Assembly: GCA_046590705.1 (NCBI GenBank) | Contig: JBKJUK010000360.1 | Coordinates: 1-47,929 of the forward strand | Direction of reading: 5' to 3' | Source of the DNA: Thermoanaerobaculia bacterium | GTDB lineage: Bacteria > Acidobacteriota > Thermoanaerobaculia > Gp7-AA8 | DNA: 47,929 nucleotides | Part shown: one piece after another, positions 16,484 through 24,810 of the stretch | Numbering within the stretch: position 1 is the first letter of the stretch | Layout of the letters: every line of letters begins with the position of its first letter | The notes under the pieces: model-generated | Databases searched by the model: none | What the model saw: only the letters and a program-made list of their open reading frames with translations | Told to the model about the DNA's origin: nothing | Program-made: the position numbers and the translations under genes

Positions 16484-16879
16484 ATGACCGATATGTCCGG
16501 AGGAAGTTACACGCCCCCGCCGCCACCTCCAGGCGACAGTTACACACCACCGCCACCGCCGCCATCATCGCTTCCACCGGGAAGCGGGAGCACGCCAGGC
16601 AGTGGACTGATCCCTCCCGCGAATCCTCCCAAGGATCCGGTCATCATTCTCGTACTCAACCTTCTTCTGCTCGGAGCGGTCGGATACTTCATTCTCGGGC
16701 AGTGGCAGAAAGGCGTAGCGGCGCTCGTGCTCGACCTGCTGATCGGAGTTCCAACCTGCGGCATGGGAATCGGAGCAATCGCCATCTTCGCCGGCATCGA
16801 CGGATACATGCAGGCCCAGCAACTCCAGGCCGGCCGCCCCGTTGGCCAATGGACGTTCTTCGGCACACCAGCAGCCTGA
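16484..16879 (+). CDS. TM2-like small membrane protein with a proline-rich N-terminal head
   Basis: TAAGGAGA lies 9 nt upstream of the ATG. The head is GGSYTPPPPPPGDSYTPPPPPP. The 2-TM core is LNLLLLGAVGYFILGQWQKGVAALVLDLLIG...AGIDGYMQA. A strong terminator follows the gene. Confidence 0.65.
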   Translation: MTDMSGGSYTPPPPPPGDSYTPPPPPPSSLPPGSGSTPGSGLIPPANPPKDPVIILVLNLLLLGAVGYFILGQWQKGVAALVLDLLIGVPTCGMGIGAIAIFAGIDGYMQAQQLQAGRPVGQWTFFGTPAA

Positions 16880-16899
16880 TTCGTCACGTAGATCGAAGT

Positions 16900-16930
16900 A
16901 AAACGGCGCCCGAAAGGGCGCCGTTTTATT
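16900..16930. terminator. bidirectional intrinsic terminator
   Basis: AAAACGGCGCCC-GAAA-GGGCGCCGTTTTATT is a perfect GC-rich stem with an A-tract 5' and a T-tract 3'. It lies 20 nt after the 16879 stop, between convergent genes. Confidence 0.85.
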
Positions 16931-17016
16931 AGGGGTCATGACAGGACATCGCATGTCGCGAATGAACGCGCAGCAGCGCATCGGGTACTTGGTTCAGTTC
17001 CGCCAGAGATTCTGCG

Positions 17017-17484
17017 TCAGTCACGCTGAAAGATCTCGCAGATCTTTTCTAGACCCTCGCGGTCGACTTCGTCGAAAGAGTCGTACTGCGCCGAGTCCAC
17101 GTCCAGCACCGCAATCAACTTTTTGTCGCGCCCAAACACCGGTACTACGATCTCTGACTTTGATCGTGAATCGCAGGCGATATGACCCGGAAATTTTTCG
17201 ACGTCGGGAACGATGAGGGTCTCGAGTTTCTCGGCCGCGGTTCCGCAGACGCCTTTGCCAATCTCGATCTGAAGACATCCAACCGTGCCGATGTATGGAC
17301 CGACCACCAGCCTGGTCCCGCAGACCCGATAGAAACCGGTCCAGAAGTAAACGGGAAACTTCTGCACCAGCACGGCGTTGATGGTGGCCATCATGGCGAT
17401 CTCGTCGAGCTTCCAACCACCTTCGTCATCGAGAACGCTGACGATCTCCCGCTCGGCCTCTTCATACAGTGCTTTCTTGTCCAT
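17017..17484 (-). CDS. msrC: GAF-domain free methionine-(R)-sulfoxide reductase (YebR/MsrC family)
   Basis: 155 aa counted from the ATG at 17484, which is preceded by GAGAGGAA. Family motifs are FYRV, VGPYIGTVGCLQIEIGKGVCGTAA, FPGHIACDSRSKSEIVVPV and LDVDS. Confidence 0.8.
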   Translation of the reverse strand: MDKKALYEEAEREIVSVLDDEGGWKLDEIAMMATINAVLVQKFPVYFWTGFYRVCGTRLVVGPYIGTVGCLQIEIGKGVCGTAAEKLETLIVPDVEKFPGHIACDSRSKSEIVVPVFGRDKKLIAVLDVDSAQYDSFDEVDREGLEKICEIFQRD

Positions 17485-17575
17485 GGTTCCTCTCAGTTCA
17501 GGCGCCGCATGATAGAGGAGTGTGAGGTGATGTTCCATGAACCCTCTCCAATCGCACTCAATGCACCTGAGGATT

Positions 17576-17725
17576 CGTCATCCCGAGCGGCGGGATGGGT
17601 GGGCGCGAGGGATCTACGCACAGGGACCGCGCTATGAATTCTGAGCGGGACCCTTTCGCGTAGATTCCTCAATCGCAGCTCTTTCTGCGTGTGCTACGAG
17701 CACGGCCTGCTCCTTCGGAATGACG
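17576..17725. repeat. ~150-bp nested inverted-repeat element, family C (related to B)
   Basis: The arms are CGTCATCCCGAGC ... GCGAGGGATCTACGC ... GCGTAGATTCCTC ... TTCGGAATGACG. Confidence 0.85.
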
Positions 17726-17792
17726 TTGCTGGTCCGTCGCAACTCAATCCCTCTGTCAATGGGACTCGCGATTGCGAAGTTCGTTCAGCGCC

Positions 17793-17821
17793 TCACAGGC
17801 AGGATTGCCTGTGCTCCACAC
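17793..17821. repeat. REP-A unit (inverted, GGAGCAC variant) overlapping the 3' end of the yfhO-like CDS
   Basis: TCACAGGCAGGATTGCCTGTGCTCCACAC, preceded by GTTCAGCGCC. The same flank (GCGCTGAAC) follows the units at 1661 and 24863. Confidence 0.9.
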
Positions 17822-20222
17822 GGCTGCCCATTCGCCGCGAGAACACGATTCCAGCGACCAGGAGCGAGAGCATCACCATCGCCGAGACAAGCATCGATGT
17901 GTAGAACGACAGCGGCTGGTAGATCACTTCGATCTTCGACTTGCCAGGAGGAGCGAGAAAGCCAATGAAGGCGGCGTTCACCTCGATGATCTTCAGCTTC
18001 TCTTTTCCGTTCCTGAAGACTTTCCAGCCTGGCCAGAAAGGCTGGCTGCTGATCACCAGTGTCCAGCGCGGCGCGTCGACGTCGAGTACAAAACGGCGTC
18101 CCTCCGCCTTGTCCACGCGAACTTCAGCTACCTTCGCATTGAGCGCTCTGGGGGAGAGCAGATCGGACCCAACCAGTTTGATCATGTCACTCGGCAGCCG
18201 CTTGAGGATGACCGTGTTAGCCCAGTCACGATTCTTCAGAATCATCTCTACGCGTTTCGCATCATCGAACTCGGTGAAGACGATACGGGCTGCATAGAAA
18301 CGAGGCAGCGCGTCCAGATTCCTGAAGATTTTTCCGTCGTAGCCCGAGTAGACCTCGACGAACTTGCCCTGCGGCAGCGCATCGCGTTGTGAAGTCAGGA
18401 TGTAACGCACATTGAGGTAATCGAGGAATGGATGATCGAAGTGCCTCATCTTCCCGAAATACTCGAAACTCGAGTAGCCGGTGAAGACGCGCAGCGCCCC
18501 GAGAAATTTTCCATTGGCCATCGGATCGTGTGAGCGGATGTCCTCGAGCCCGTATACGGCTGCCGTGTTCGGAAACAGCATTGAGTTCGGAGCCGCAATG
18601 CGGAACGGCTTTGGATCGCCGGCCGCAGGGCGCTGCTGCAGCGACTGCATGGCCCGAATGATCGGCGTCGTCGGATAGAGATAGCTCTCGGGAACGTCAG
18701 AGTTTCGATTCAGGCCGAATGAGAACAGATCGCAGGCCACGGCCACGGCAAGCAGCAATACCGCAACGGTGACACGCCCACTGACCTGCAGGAAAACCAG
18801 AGACGCCACCACCAGTACCAGCACCTCCGGCAGGAGACTCCGGATGGCATGATTCCACGAAGCGGCGCCCGGAAATTGGATGAGCAGAAAGGGTAAGACC
18901 AGAATCACGGCGGTGATTCCGAGCGCAATCCAGCGCAGACGGTCCTGCTGCCGGAGAATCTGGTCGAGTGCGATTCCTGCGAGAACAGCGAGACTCCAGC
19001 AGACGATCAATTGCAGCCTGCCATTCGCTGCCAGCGAGAACAGCGGAAGCTTGTGAAACAGGTCCGTGAGTCCCGGCACGTTCAGCGCCAGAGCAAGCAG
19101 CAGCGGCGCGGAAAACAAGTAGAACGTAGCTGGTGCGTCCCAGACGCGCCGTCGCAGGAAGCCGAGAACGAGGTAGATCCAGCCGAAGATGCCGAAGATG
19201 CCGGCGTATCCGCCAACGGTCTCCGCGATTCCAGGCCCCCACACATTCTGCTCCCGAATGCTTCCGAAGAATCCGGGCTGAAACGTAGGAATCAGGAATC
19301 GCAAATCCTGCATTTCATGCTCCCACGGCAGGGCCCGGAGTTGGTCCATGCGCTGCGAGAAGGGCAGGGTTTCCAGTAGCGGGGCTACCGCGGGAAGCGC
19401 GATGAGCAGCGCCGTCACTCCTGCCGCCGCGATCAATCCGGTTGACCGGAGACTCTCGACTGTTCGTCGCGTCAACAGAAGAAACAACAGGTACAGTCCG
19501 CTCCCGAACACGATATGCGCCGCAGTCTCAGGATGTCCACCGAGGAGAAGAAGCACGAAGCCAGTGGTCATGAAGAGGAAGCGGTGAAAGGTGCGCTTGT
19601 CGAACAGCAGATCGATACCGAGAAAAATCGCTGGAAGAAAGGCCGAAACCGTAGCGTGCGGGAAATGCAGCCAGACCGTGATGAAGCTGCAGAAAGCGAA
19701 ACTGATCGCGGTGATGATCGAGGCAGATTCAGAGAAACCGCGCCGCCTCATGTAAAGGAAACTCAGCGAGAGAGCCGCCAGTAGTTTCATTGCGGCCTCG
19801 AACGTAATACTGCGCCCGAGTGTCAGGGGCAGACCGAGTATTCTCAGCGGCGAGAACGCTCCGCTCTGGCCATTTCCGAGCAGCGGATAGCCCGCACCGT
19901 TGGAAGAGTTCCAGAGCGGAATCTCGAGATTCTTCCAGGCCTCGCGCACTTGATGGGCCCACGGCACGATCTGCAGAGTGAGGTCGTTCATCTCCGCATT
20001 CACACCGGGATATGGGCCCTTGATCGCGGACCATGGCTCGATCAGGTAAACGTAGTCAGCCGGGAAGTCGACGTACGACGAAGTCAGGGGACGGAAGAGA
20101 AACCCAAGCACGAGAAGATAGAAGACCAGCGCGACGCGCCAGTCGAGTTGCTTGTTCCAGCGTCTGGCTATCGCGACCAGAGCGGCGTAGAGCAGCGCAA
20201 CATAGAGAAACGTCAGGTTCAC
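17793..20222 (-). CDS. YfhO-like polytopic membrane protein (GT-C type glycosyltransferase-like)
   Basis: 809 aa. About 13 N-terminal TM helices are followed by a large extracytoplasmic domain and a C-terminal TM (MLVSAMVMLSLLVAGIVF), which is the YfhO architecture. The last 8 codons plus the stop (VEHRQSCL*) are encoded by a REP copy. Confidence 0.6.
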   Translation of the reverse strand: MNLTFLYVALLYAALVAIARRWNKQLDWRVALVFYLLVLGFLFRPLTSSYVDFPADYVYLIEPWSAIKGPYPGVNAEMNDLTLQIVPWAHQVREAWKNLEIPLWNSSNGAGYPLLGNGQSGAFSPLRILGLPLTLGRSITFEAAMKLLAALSLSFLYMRRRGFSESASIITAISFAFCSFITVWLHFPHATVSAFLPAIFLGIDLLFDKRTFHRFLFMTTGFVLLLLGGHPETAAHIVFGSGLYLLFLLLTRRTVESLRSTGLIAAAGVTALLIALPAVAPLLETLPFSQRMDQLRALPWEHEMQDLRFLIPTFQPGFFGSIREQNVWGPGIAETVGGYAGIFGIFGWIYLVLGFLRRRVWDAPATFYLFSAPLLLALALNVPGLTDLFHKLPLFSLAANGRLQLIVCWSLAVLAGIALDQILRQQDRLRWIALGITAVILVLPFLLIQFPGAASWNHAIRSLLPEVLVLVVASLVFLQVSGRVTVAVLLLAVAVACDLFSFGLNRNSDVPESYLYPTTPIIRAMQSLQQRPAAGDPKPFRIAAPNSMLFPNTAAVYGLEDIRSHDPMANGKFLGALRVFTGYSSFEYFGKMRHFDHPFLDYLNVRYILTSQRDALPQGKFVEVYSGYDGKIFRNLDALPRFYAARIVFTEFDDAKRVEMILKNRDWANTVILKRLPSDMIKLVGSDLLSPRALNAKVAEVRVDKAEGRRFVLDVDAPRWTLVISSQPFWPGWKVFRNGKEKLKIIEVNAAFIGFLAPPGKSKIEVIYQPLSFYTSMLVSAMVMLSLLVAGIVFSRRMGSRVEHRQSCL

Positions 20223-20274
20223 GGAAATCGCTTATAACAGGATTGTGCTTTGGTACCGCTGCCGAAATGCCGCT

Positions 20275-21180
20275 TCATGCGCGCTTCCATCGGTCGTGCA
20301 TCCAGAGCCAGAGCTCCGGACGATCGAAGATTCGACTGCTGATGATGTCATTCATGCGCGCAGTGATGCCTTCCACGCTGCGCGCTTCAAGCGGTAACTC
20401 GTCCACGACGAGAGGAAGATCGAAGATCACTTTCACCTTCGCGCCCTCGGGATAGCAGAAGACTGGGAGAATGGCTGCGCCGTAACGTAGCGCCATCTTG
20501 GCTGGGGCCGAAGTCGTCCAGGCTGGATGTCCCAGGAATGGGACCAGGATTCCTTCGCGCTGCTTCACTGACTGGTCAGGCAGCAGGATTACCGTTCCGC
20601 CCCGGGTGAGCGTTTCGATCATCGGCCTGGCCGCGTTGCGTCGCTCGACCATGGTAACGCCCGCTCTGATGCGTGCGGCGTAGAGCGCAGACTCGAGCAG
20701 CGAGTTGTCGAGCGCACGGGCAATCACGATCACGGGAGAAGGCAGAAGGTGGGCCTGACTCACCCCCACTTCCCAGTCGCCGAAGTGCGCAGAAATGAGA
20801 ATGACGCCTCGACCTCCGGACGCTGCGCGATCAACGTAATCACGATTGACGATCTCGATTTCGCGTTCGACATCTTCGGCCGCCGAACTCCCGCCGCGGA
20901 GATACTCGAGGGCCATGCGGGTGAAGTGAATCCAGCAGGCCTTCAGAATCGCCCCGCGTTCGGCTTCACTCTTCGCAGGAAACGCCAGTGCCAGATTGGC
21001 GCTGGCAGTGCGGCTTCGCCGTCGGATCACACGCGAGAGCAATGCCGCACCGCGACGCGACCAGCGATCAATTGAGGTCTGGTCTGCACCGCGAAGAGCC
21101 CGCACCACGGAACTGAAGACCATGAATTCGGCCCGCTGCTTCCAGGCCGCCTTCTGCTTCTTTCGTCTCTTCGGTGTCAT
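20275..21180 (-). CDS. lpxL: lipid A biosynthesis (Kdo)2-lipid IVA acyltransferase family protein (LpxL/HtrB-like)
   Basis: 301 aa. It has the HX4E acyltransferase motif in ISAHFGDWEV, plus ILLPDQ and AWTTSAPAKMA. It overlaps the lpxK stop by 4 nt and sits in the waaA-lpxK operon. Confidence 0.65.
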   Translation of the reverse strand: MTPKRRKKQKAAWKQRAEFMVFSSVVRALRGADQTSIDRWSRRGAALLSRVIRRRSRTASANLALAFPAKSEAERGAILKACWIHFTRMALEYLRGGSSAAEDVEREIEIVNRDYVDRAASGGRGVILISAHFGDWEVGVSQAHLLPSPVIVIARALDNSLLESALYAARIRAGVTMVERRNAARPMIETLTRGGTVILLPDQSVKQREGILVPFLGHPAWTTSAPAKMALRYGAAILPVFCYPEGAKVKVIFDLPLVVDELPLEARSVEGITARMNDIISSRIFDRPELWLWMHDRWKRA

Positions 21181-22115
21181 GGCCGGCTTTTGCTCACCAG
21201 CTGTGAGAGCTGGTCGAGAAGTTCCTGCTCGCGCGCAATCACCATCTCCACAACCAGAGTGAGCGTTCCGCTGGCGAGTTTCACGCTGTCCTTCTCTGTG
21301 GTGACCAGTCGCGCGCCCGCAGCAGATGCCATGCGTCGCAGTTCCGACAGTTCATCGCCGGCATAGGCGTAATGATCGCGAAAAGAACGCTTGAGAATAA
21401 GGTTCGCTCCGAGAGACTCGAGGAGTTTGAAAAACTGCTGATTGTTGGCGAGGGCGGAAAAGGCGACGAGCTTCTGATTGCGCAATGTTCCGATCTCCTC
21501 GCGCGCGCCGTCTTCGCCGATGAGGTGCGACGGTTGAAGGTTGACCTCGTGAACCGATGCCTCCAGAGTGCGCGGAACCGTGGCCTGGCCCCGCCTCAGA
21601 ACGGTATCTGCATCGCGGAGTGCCGCGTGTCCTTCGCGGAGATACGTCCGCGTAGCGTTGATCAGTACAACATCCCAGTCCCGCTCCAGCTGCAGATGCT
21701 GAAAGCCGTCGTCGAGCAGGAAAACATCGCAGTCGTTCTTAGCGAGAAACCATGTCCCGCTGGCGTGCCGATCTGCGCCGACGATGACGGGGACGGCAGG
21801 CAGGCGTTTGTGCAGCAGACTCGGCTCGTCGCCAAACCTGCTCCAGTCCCCCGCGCTGACCTGTTCGACGGCCGTAGTTCCGGTGCGACCATAGCCGCGT
21901 GTGAGGATGACTACGCGAAGCCCACGCTTCTGCAGCCCTTCGGCAATGGCAATGACGGTCGGCGTCTTGCCACCTCCGCCCATGGCCAGGTTTCCGATCG
22001 AAATCACCGGTCGCGGGAGCCGCTTCCCCTTCAGCGTGCCTGACCGGTAAAGAGCCCGACGCGAGCGGTTCAGGGCCCGGTAGCAAAGCTCGGCCGGTTT
22101 GAGGAGGTAATTCAT
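21177..22115 (-). CDS. lpxK: tetraacyldisaccharide 4'-kinase
   Basis: P-loop context ISIGNLAMGGGGKTPTVIAIAEGLQKRGLRVVILTRGYGR, followed by LLDDGFQH. Confidence 0.9.
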   Translation of the reverse strand: MNYLLKPAELCYRALNRSRRALYRSGTLKGKRLPRPVISIGNLAMGGGGKTPTVIAIAEGLQKRGLRVVILTRGYGRTGTTAVEQVSAGDWSRFGDEPSLLHKRLPAVPVIVGADRHASGTWFLAKNDCDVFLLDDGFQHLQLERDWDVVLINATRTYLREGHAALRDADTVLRRGQATVPRTLEASVHEVNLQPSHLIGEDGAREEIGTLRNQKLVAFSALANNQQFFKLLESLGANLILKRSFRDHYAYAGDELSELRRMASAAGARLVTTEKDSVKLASGTLTLVVEMVIAREQELLDQLSQLVSKSRP

Positions 22116-22116
22116 C

Positions 22117-23427
22117 TCAGCGAATCGCCGGGGTCGTGACCGCGTTCGGCATAGCGATCCTTGGAGCGGGTTCTGCCGCGCCGTCGAGAAGGCTGACGAT
22201 GCGTTCCGCCGTCAGCTGCGCAGCTCCGCGATTCTTCTCGATCGTAGCCAGAGCCCGGCGCGAGAATGCTGCCCGCGCTTCCGGATTCCCGGTCATTTCC
22301 CGCACAAACGAAGACAAAGCCTCGGCGGTCGGTACTTCCACCGCACCTGCTTCATGCAGGAAGCTGAGAGCGATCTCGCGAAAGTTGGACATGTGAGGCC
22401 CGAAGGCCACCGGACAACCCGCCGCGGCCGGCTCGATGGGATTGTGTCCGCCCACCGGAACGAGACTTCCTCCGACGAAGGCGCAGACTGCATGCCGGTA
22501 CATGCGCGCCAGCTCACCAATCGAATCGAGCAGTAGTACGTCCGCAGCACTCCCCGATGAAATCTCTGTCCGACGGGCAAAACGAATTCCGGCGGTGGAC
22601 AGCAGACCGGCAACGATCTCGAAACGCTCCGGCTTTCTCGGTGCGATGACCACAAAGATTCCGGCCTCGATCATCGACTGGACCTCGGGGAGCAGCATCT
22701 CGTCCTCCCCTTCGGTAGTCGACCCGGCTACGAAGATCGGACGCGAGTCAGCCAGCGCCTCGAGTTCTTTCTCGAAGGCCAGCGGTGACGGGTCGGGATG
22801 TACATCGAACTTCACGTTGCCGGTCACTTCGACCCTCGAGGAATCGGCTCCCATCTTCACGAAGCGAACGCGATCAGTCTGTTCGCGGGCCAGAATCTGC
22901 TCGAACCGGCGCAGGACCGGTTTGATCAGCAGACGAAGAGCGTAATAGCGGGGGAAGGAGCGGTCTGAAATTCTTCCGTTCGTCAGAAGCGACCTGATTC
23001 CGCGCCCGCTGACGTGGCGCATGAGATTCGGCCAGATCTCGGTCTCGACAGTCGCGAAGGTGCGCGGCGAGTAGTGATCGAGAAATCTTCTGATCGGCAG
23101 ACTGAGATCGAGTGGAAAGTAGGTCACGTGGGCGTCAGGAAAGGCGCGTCGGGCCAGGGCCTGCCCGGTCACGGTGGTGGTGGTTACGACCAGGGTAGTT
23201 TCAGGCCGGAGTGCGCGAACGCGATCGAGGATGATCTTCGCTGCGGCCACCTCCCCCACCGAGACGGCGTGCACCCAGAGATCATGAGGCTCGGGCCTTC
23301 CGCGATATCTGCCGAAGCGCTCCGGAAAATTCACGATGTACTTTCCGCGAAGGAATCCGATGACGAGAAACCAGGGAAGCGCGACGATGAGCACGAGACT
23401 CAGCAGCGCCTCGTAGAGAAGGAACAT
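22117..23427 (-). CDS. waaA: 3-deoxy-D-manno-octulosonic acid (Kdo) transferase
   Basis: 436 aa. It has an N-terminal TM, WVHAVSVGEV and GGSLVPVGGHNPIEPAA. There is a 1-nt gap to lpxK. Confidence 0.9.
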   Translation of the reverse strand: MFLLYEALLSLVLIVALPWFLVIGFLRGKYIVNFPERFGRYRGRPEPHDLWVHAVSVGEVAAAKIILDRVRALRPETTLVVTTTTVTGQALARRAFPDAHVTYFPLDLSLPIRRFLDHYSPRTFATVETEIWPNLMRHVSGRGIRSLLTNGRISDRSFPRYYALRLLIKPVLRRFEQILAREQTDRVRFVKMGADSSRVEVTGNVKFDVHPDPSPLAFEKELEALADSRPIFVAGSTTEGEDEMLLPEVQSMIEAGIFVVIAPRKPERFEIVAGLLSTAGIRFARRTEISSGSAADVLLLDSIGELARMYRHAVCAFVGGSLVPVGGHNPIEPAAAGCPVAFGPHMSNFREIALSFLHEAGAVEVPTAEALSSFVREMTGNPEARAAFSRRALATIEKNRGAAQLTAERIVSLLDGAAEPAPRIAMPNAVTTPAIR

Positions 23428-23487
23428 GCGGCTGCAATTGTACTAGACCGACCTGACGAGAGAATCCGCCCGGTTCCGGCGCGCCTC

Positions 23488-24771
23488 TTGTATAGTGAGT
23501 TCACCGGAAACAAACGATTGCCCGCCCCTCCCCAGCTCGCAGAATCCGAGAAAGCCATCGTCGTCGGATTGATCCTGCCGAACGCGATCAAGTCGGTCGC
23601 CGAGGAACATCTCGACGAACTCGCGGCCCTGGTTGGTGCAGCGAACGGCTCGGTGGTCGGCAGAGTGATGCAGGAGCGTCACTCGCCTGACCGGGCCACC
23701 TTCGTCGGCAGCGGTAAAGCCGAGGAAATCGAGCGGATGGTGAAGGAATTTTCCGCGCAGCTGGTGGTCTTCGATGACGACCTCTCTCCTGCTCAAACCA
23801 AGAATCTCGAGAAGATCATCAACGTAAAGGTCATCGATCGCAGCGCCCTGATTCTGGACATTTTCTCCCGCCGGGCCCGCAGCCGGGAATCGCAGACACA
23901 GGTTGAACTCGCGCAGCTCAACTACCTGCTGCCGAGACTCACCAGACACTGGACACATCTGTCGCGGCAGGCCGGAGGGATTGGAGGACGCGGGGTCGGT
24001 GAGACTCAGCTCGAACTCGATCGCCGCATGATCCGCGTGCGCATCAGCAGGCTCAAGGGCGATCTCGAGAAGATCGAGAAGACCCGCGCCACACAGCGAA
24101 AAGGGCGGCAGGACGTCTTCACCGTGGCGCTGGTCGGTTACACCAACGCCGGCAAGTCGACACTGTTCAATGCGCTCACCAATGGTTCCGCGGAGGCGGT
24201 CGACAAAGTGTTCGCCACGCTCGACGCCAAGATGCAGAAGATCAGCTTCCCCATGCCCACTGACACAGTCGTCATCGATACGGTCGGGTTCATCCGCAAA
24301 CTCCCGCATCATCTGGTGGCTTCGTTCCGTTCCACGATGGAAGAAGCCATCTCGGCGGATCTCGTTCTGCATGTCATCAACATGACCCATCCGCAAGTGG
24401 AAGAGCAGCGCGAGGTCGGCCGGCAGGTTCTCGAAGAACTGAAGGTGCCCGTCGCGAGAATCATCGAGGTCTTCAACAAAGCGGATCAGGTCGAAGGGAG
24501 TCTGTACGAGGAAAGAGGGCGGAGTTGCGCCACTGTCTCTGCGCTCACTGGTAAAGGGATCGACTATCTGGTGGAGTTGGTTCGCAAGTTCGAACGAGAA
24601 CGGGGAGTCGTACTCCACCTTTCCTTTCCGATGCGGGAAGCAAGACTGATCTCGATGCTGCACAGTCTCGCGGAAGTGCGCGAGCAGAAAGCCACGGACG
24701 AGACCATGGATTTCACGGCCTGGGTTCCGAAGGACCATCTGCACCACTTCGAGCAATTCGCCGTCAGCTGA
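23488..24771 (+). CDS. hflX: GTPase HflX
   Basis: The HflX N-domain has FVGSGKAEEI, IDRSALILDIFSRRARSRESQTQVELAQLNYLLPRL and GGIGGRGVGETQLE. G1 is GYTNAGKSTLFNAL and G3 is DTVGF. No in-frame ATG lies between the divergent waaA start (23427) and the conserved domain, so the start must be TTG 23488 or TTG 23518. The track ORF extension to 23014 overlaps waaA and is rejected. Confidence 0.85.
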   Translation: MYSEFTGNKRLPAPPQLAESEKAIVVGLILPNAIKSVAEEHLDELAALVGAANGSVVGRVMQERHSPDRATFVGSGKAEEIERMVKEFSAQLVVFDDDLSPAQTKNLEKIINVKVIDRSALILDIFSRRARSRESQTQVELAQLNYLLPRLTRHWTHLSRQAGGIGGRGVGETQLELDRRMIRVRISRLKGDLEKIEKTRATQRKGRQDVFTVALVGYTNAGKSTLFNALTNGSAEAVDKVFATLDAKMQKISFPMPTDTVVIDTVGFIRKLPHHLVASFRSTMEEAISADLVLHVINMTHPQVEEQREVGRQVLEELKVPVARIIEVFNKADQVEGSLYEERGRSCATVSALTGKGIDYLVELVRKFERERGVVLHLSFPMREARLISMLHSLAEVREQKATDETMDFTAWVPKDHLHHFEQFAVS

Positions 24772-24810
24772 TCCGCGGAAGTTACACTCTGTCGCCTGCC
24801 GCGCAACGTC

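Noticed and set aside
23443-24756. A 437-aa ORF antisense to hflX.
   Set aside because: It mirrors the hflX frame exactly, which is typical of high-GC antisense ORFs. It has no recognisable motifs, whereas hflX carries complete GTPase signatures.
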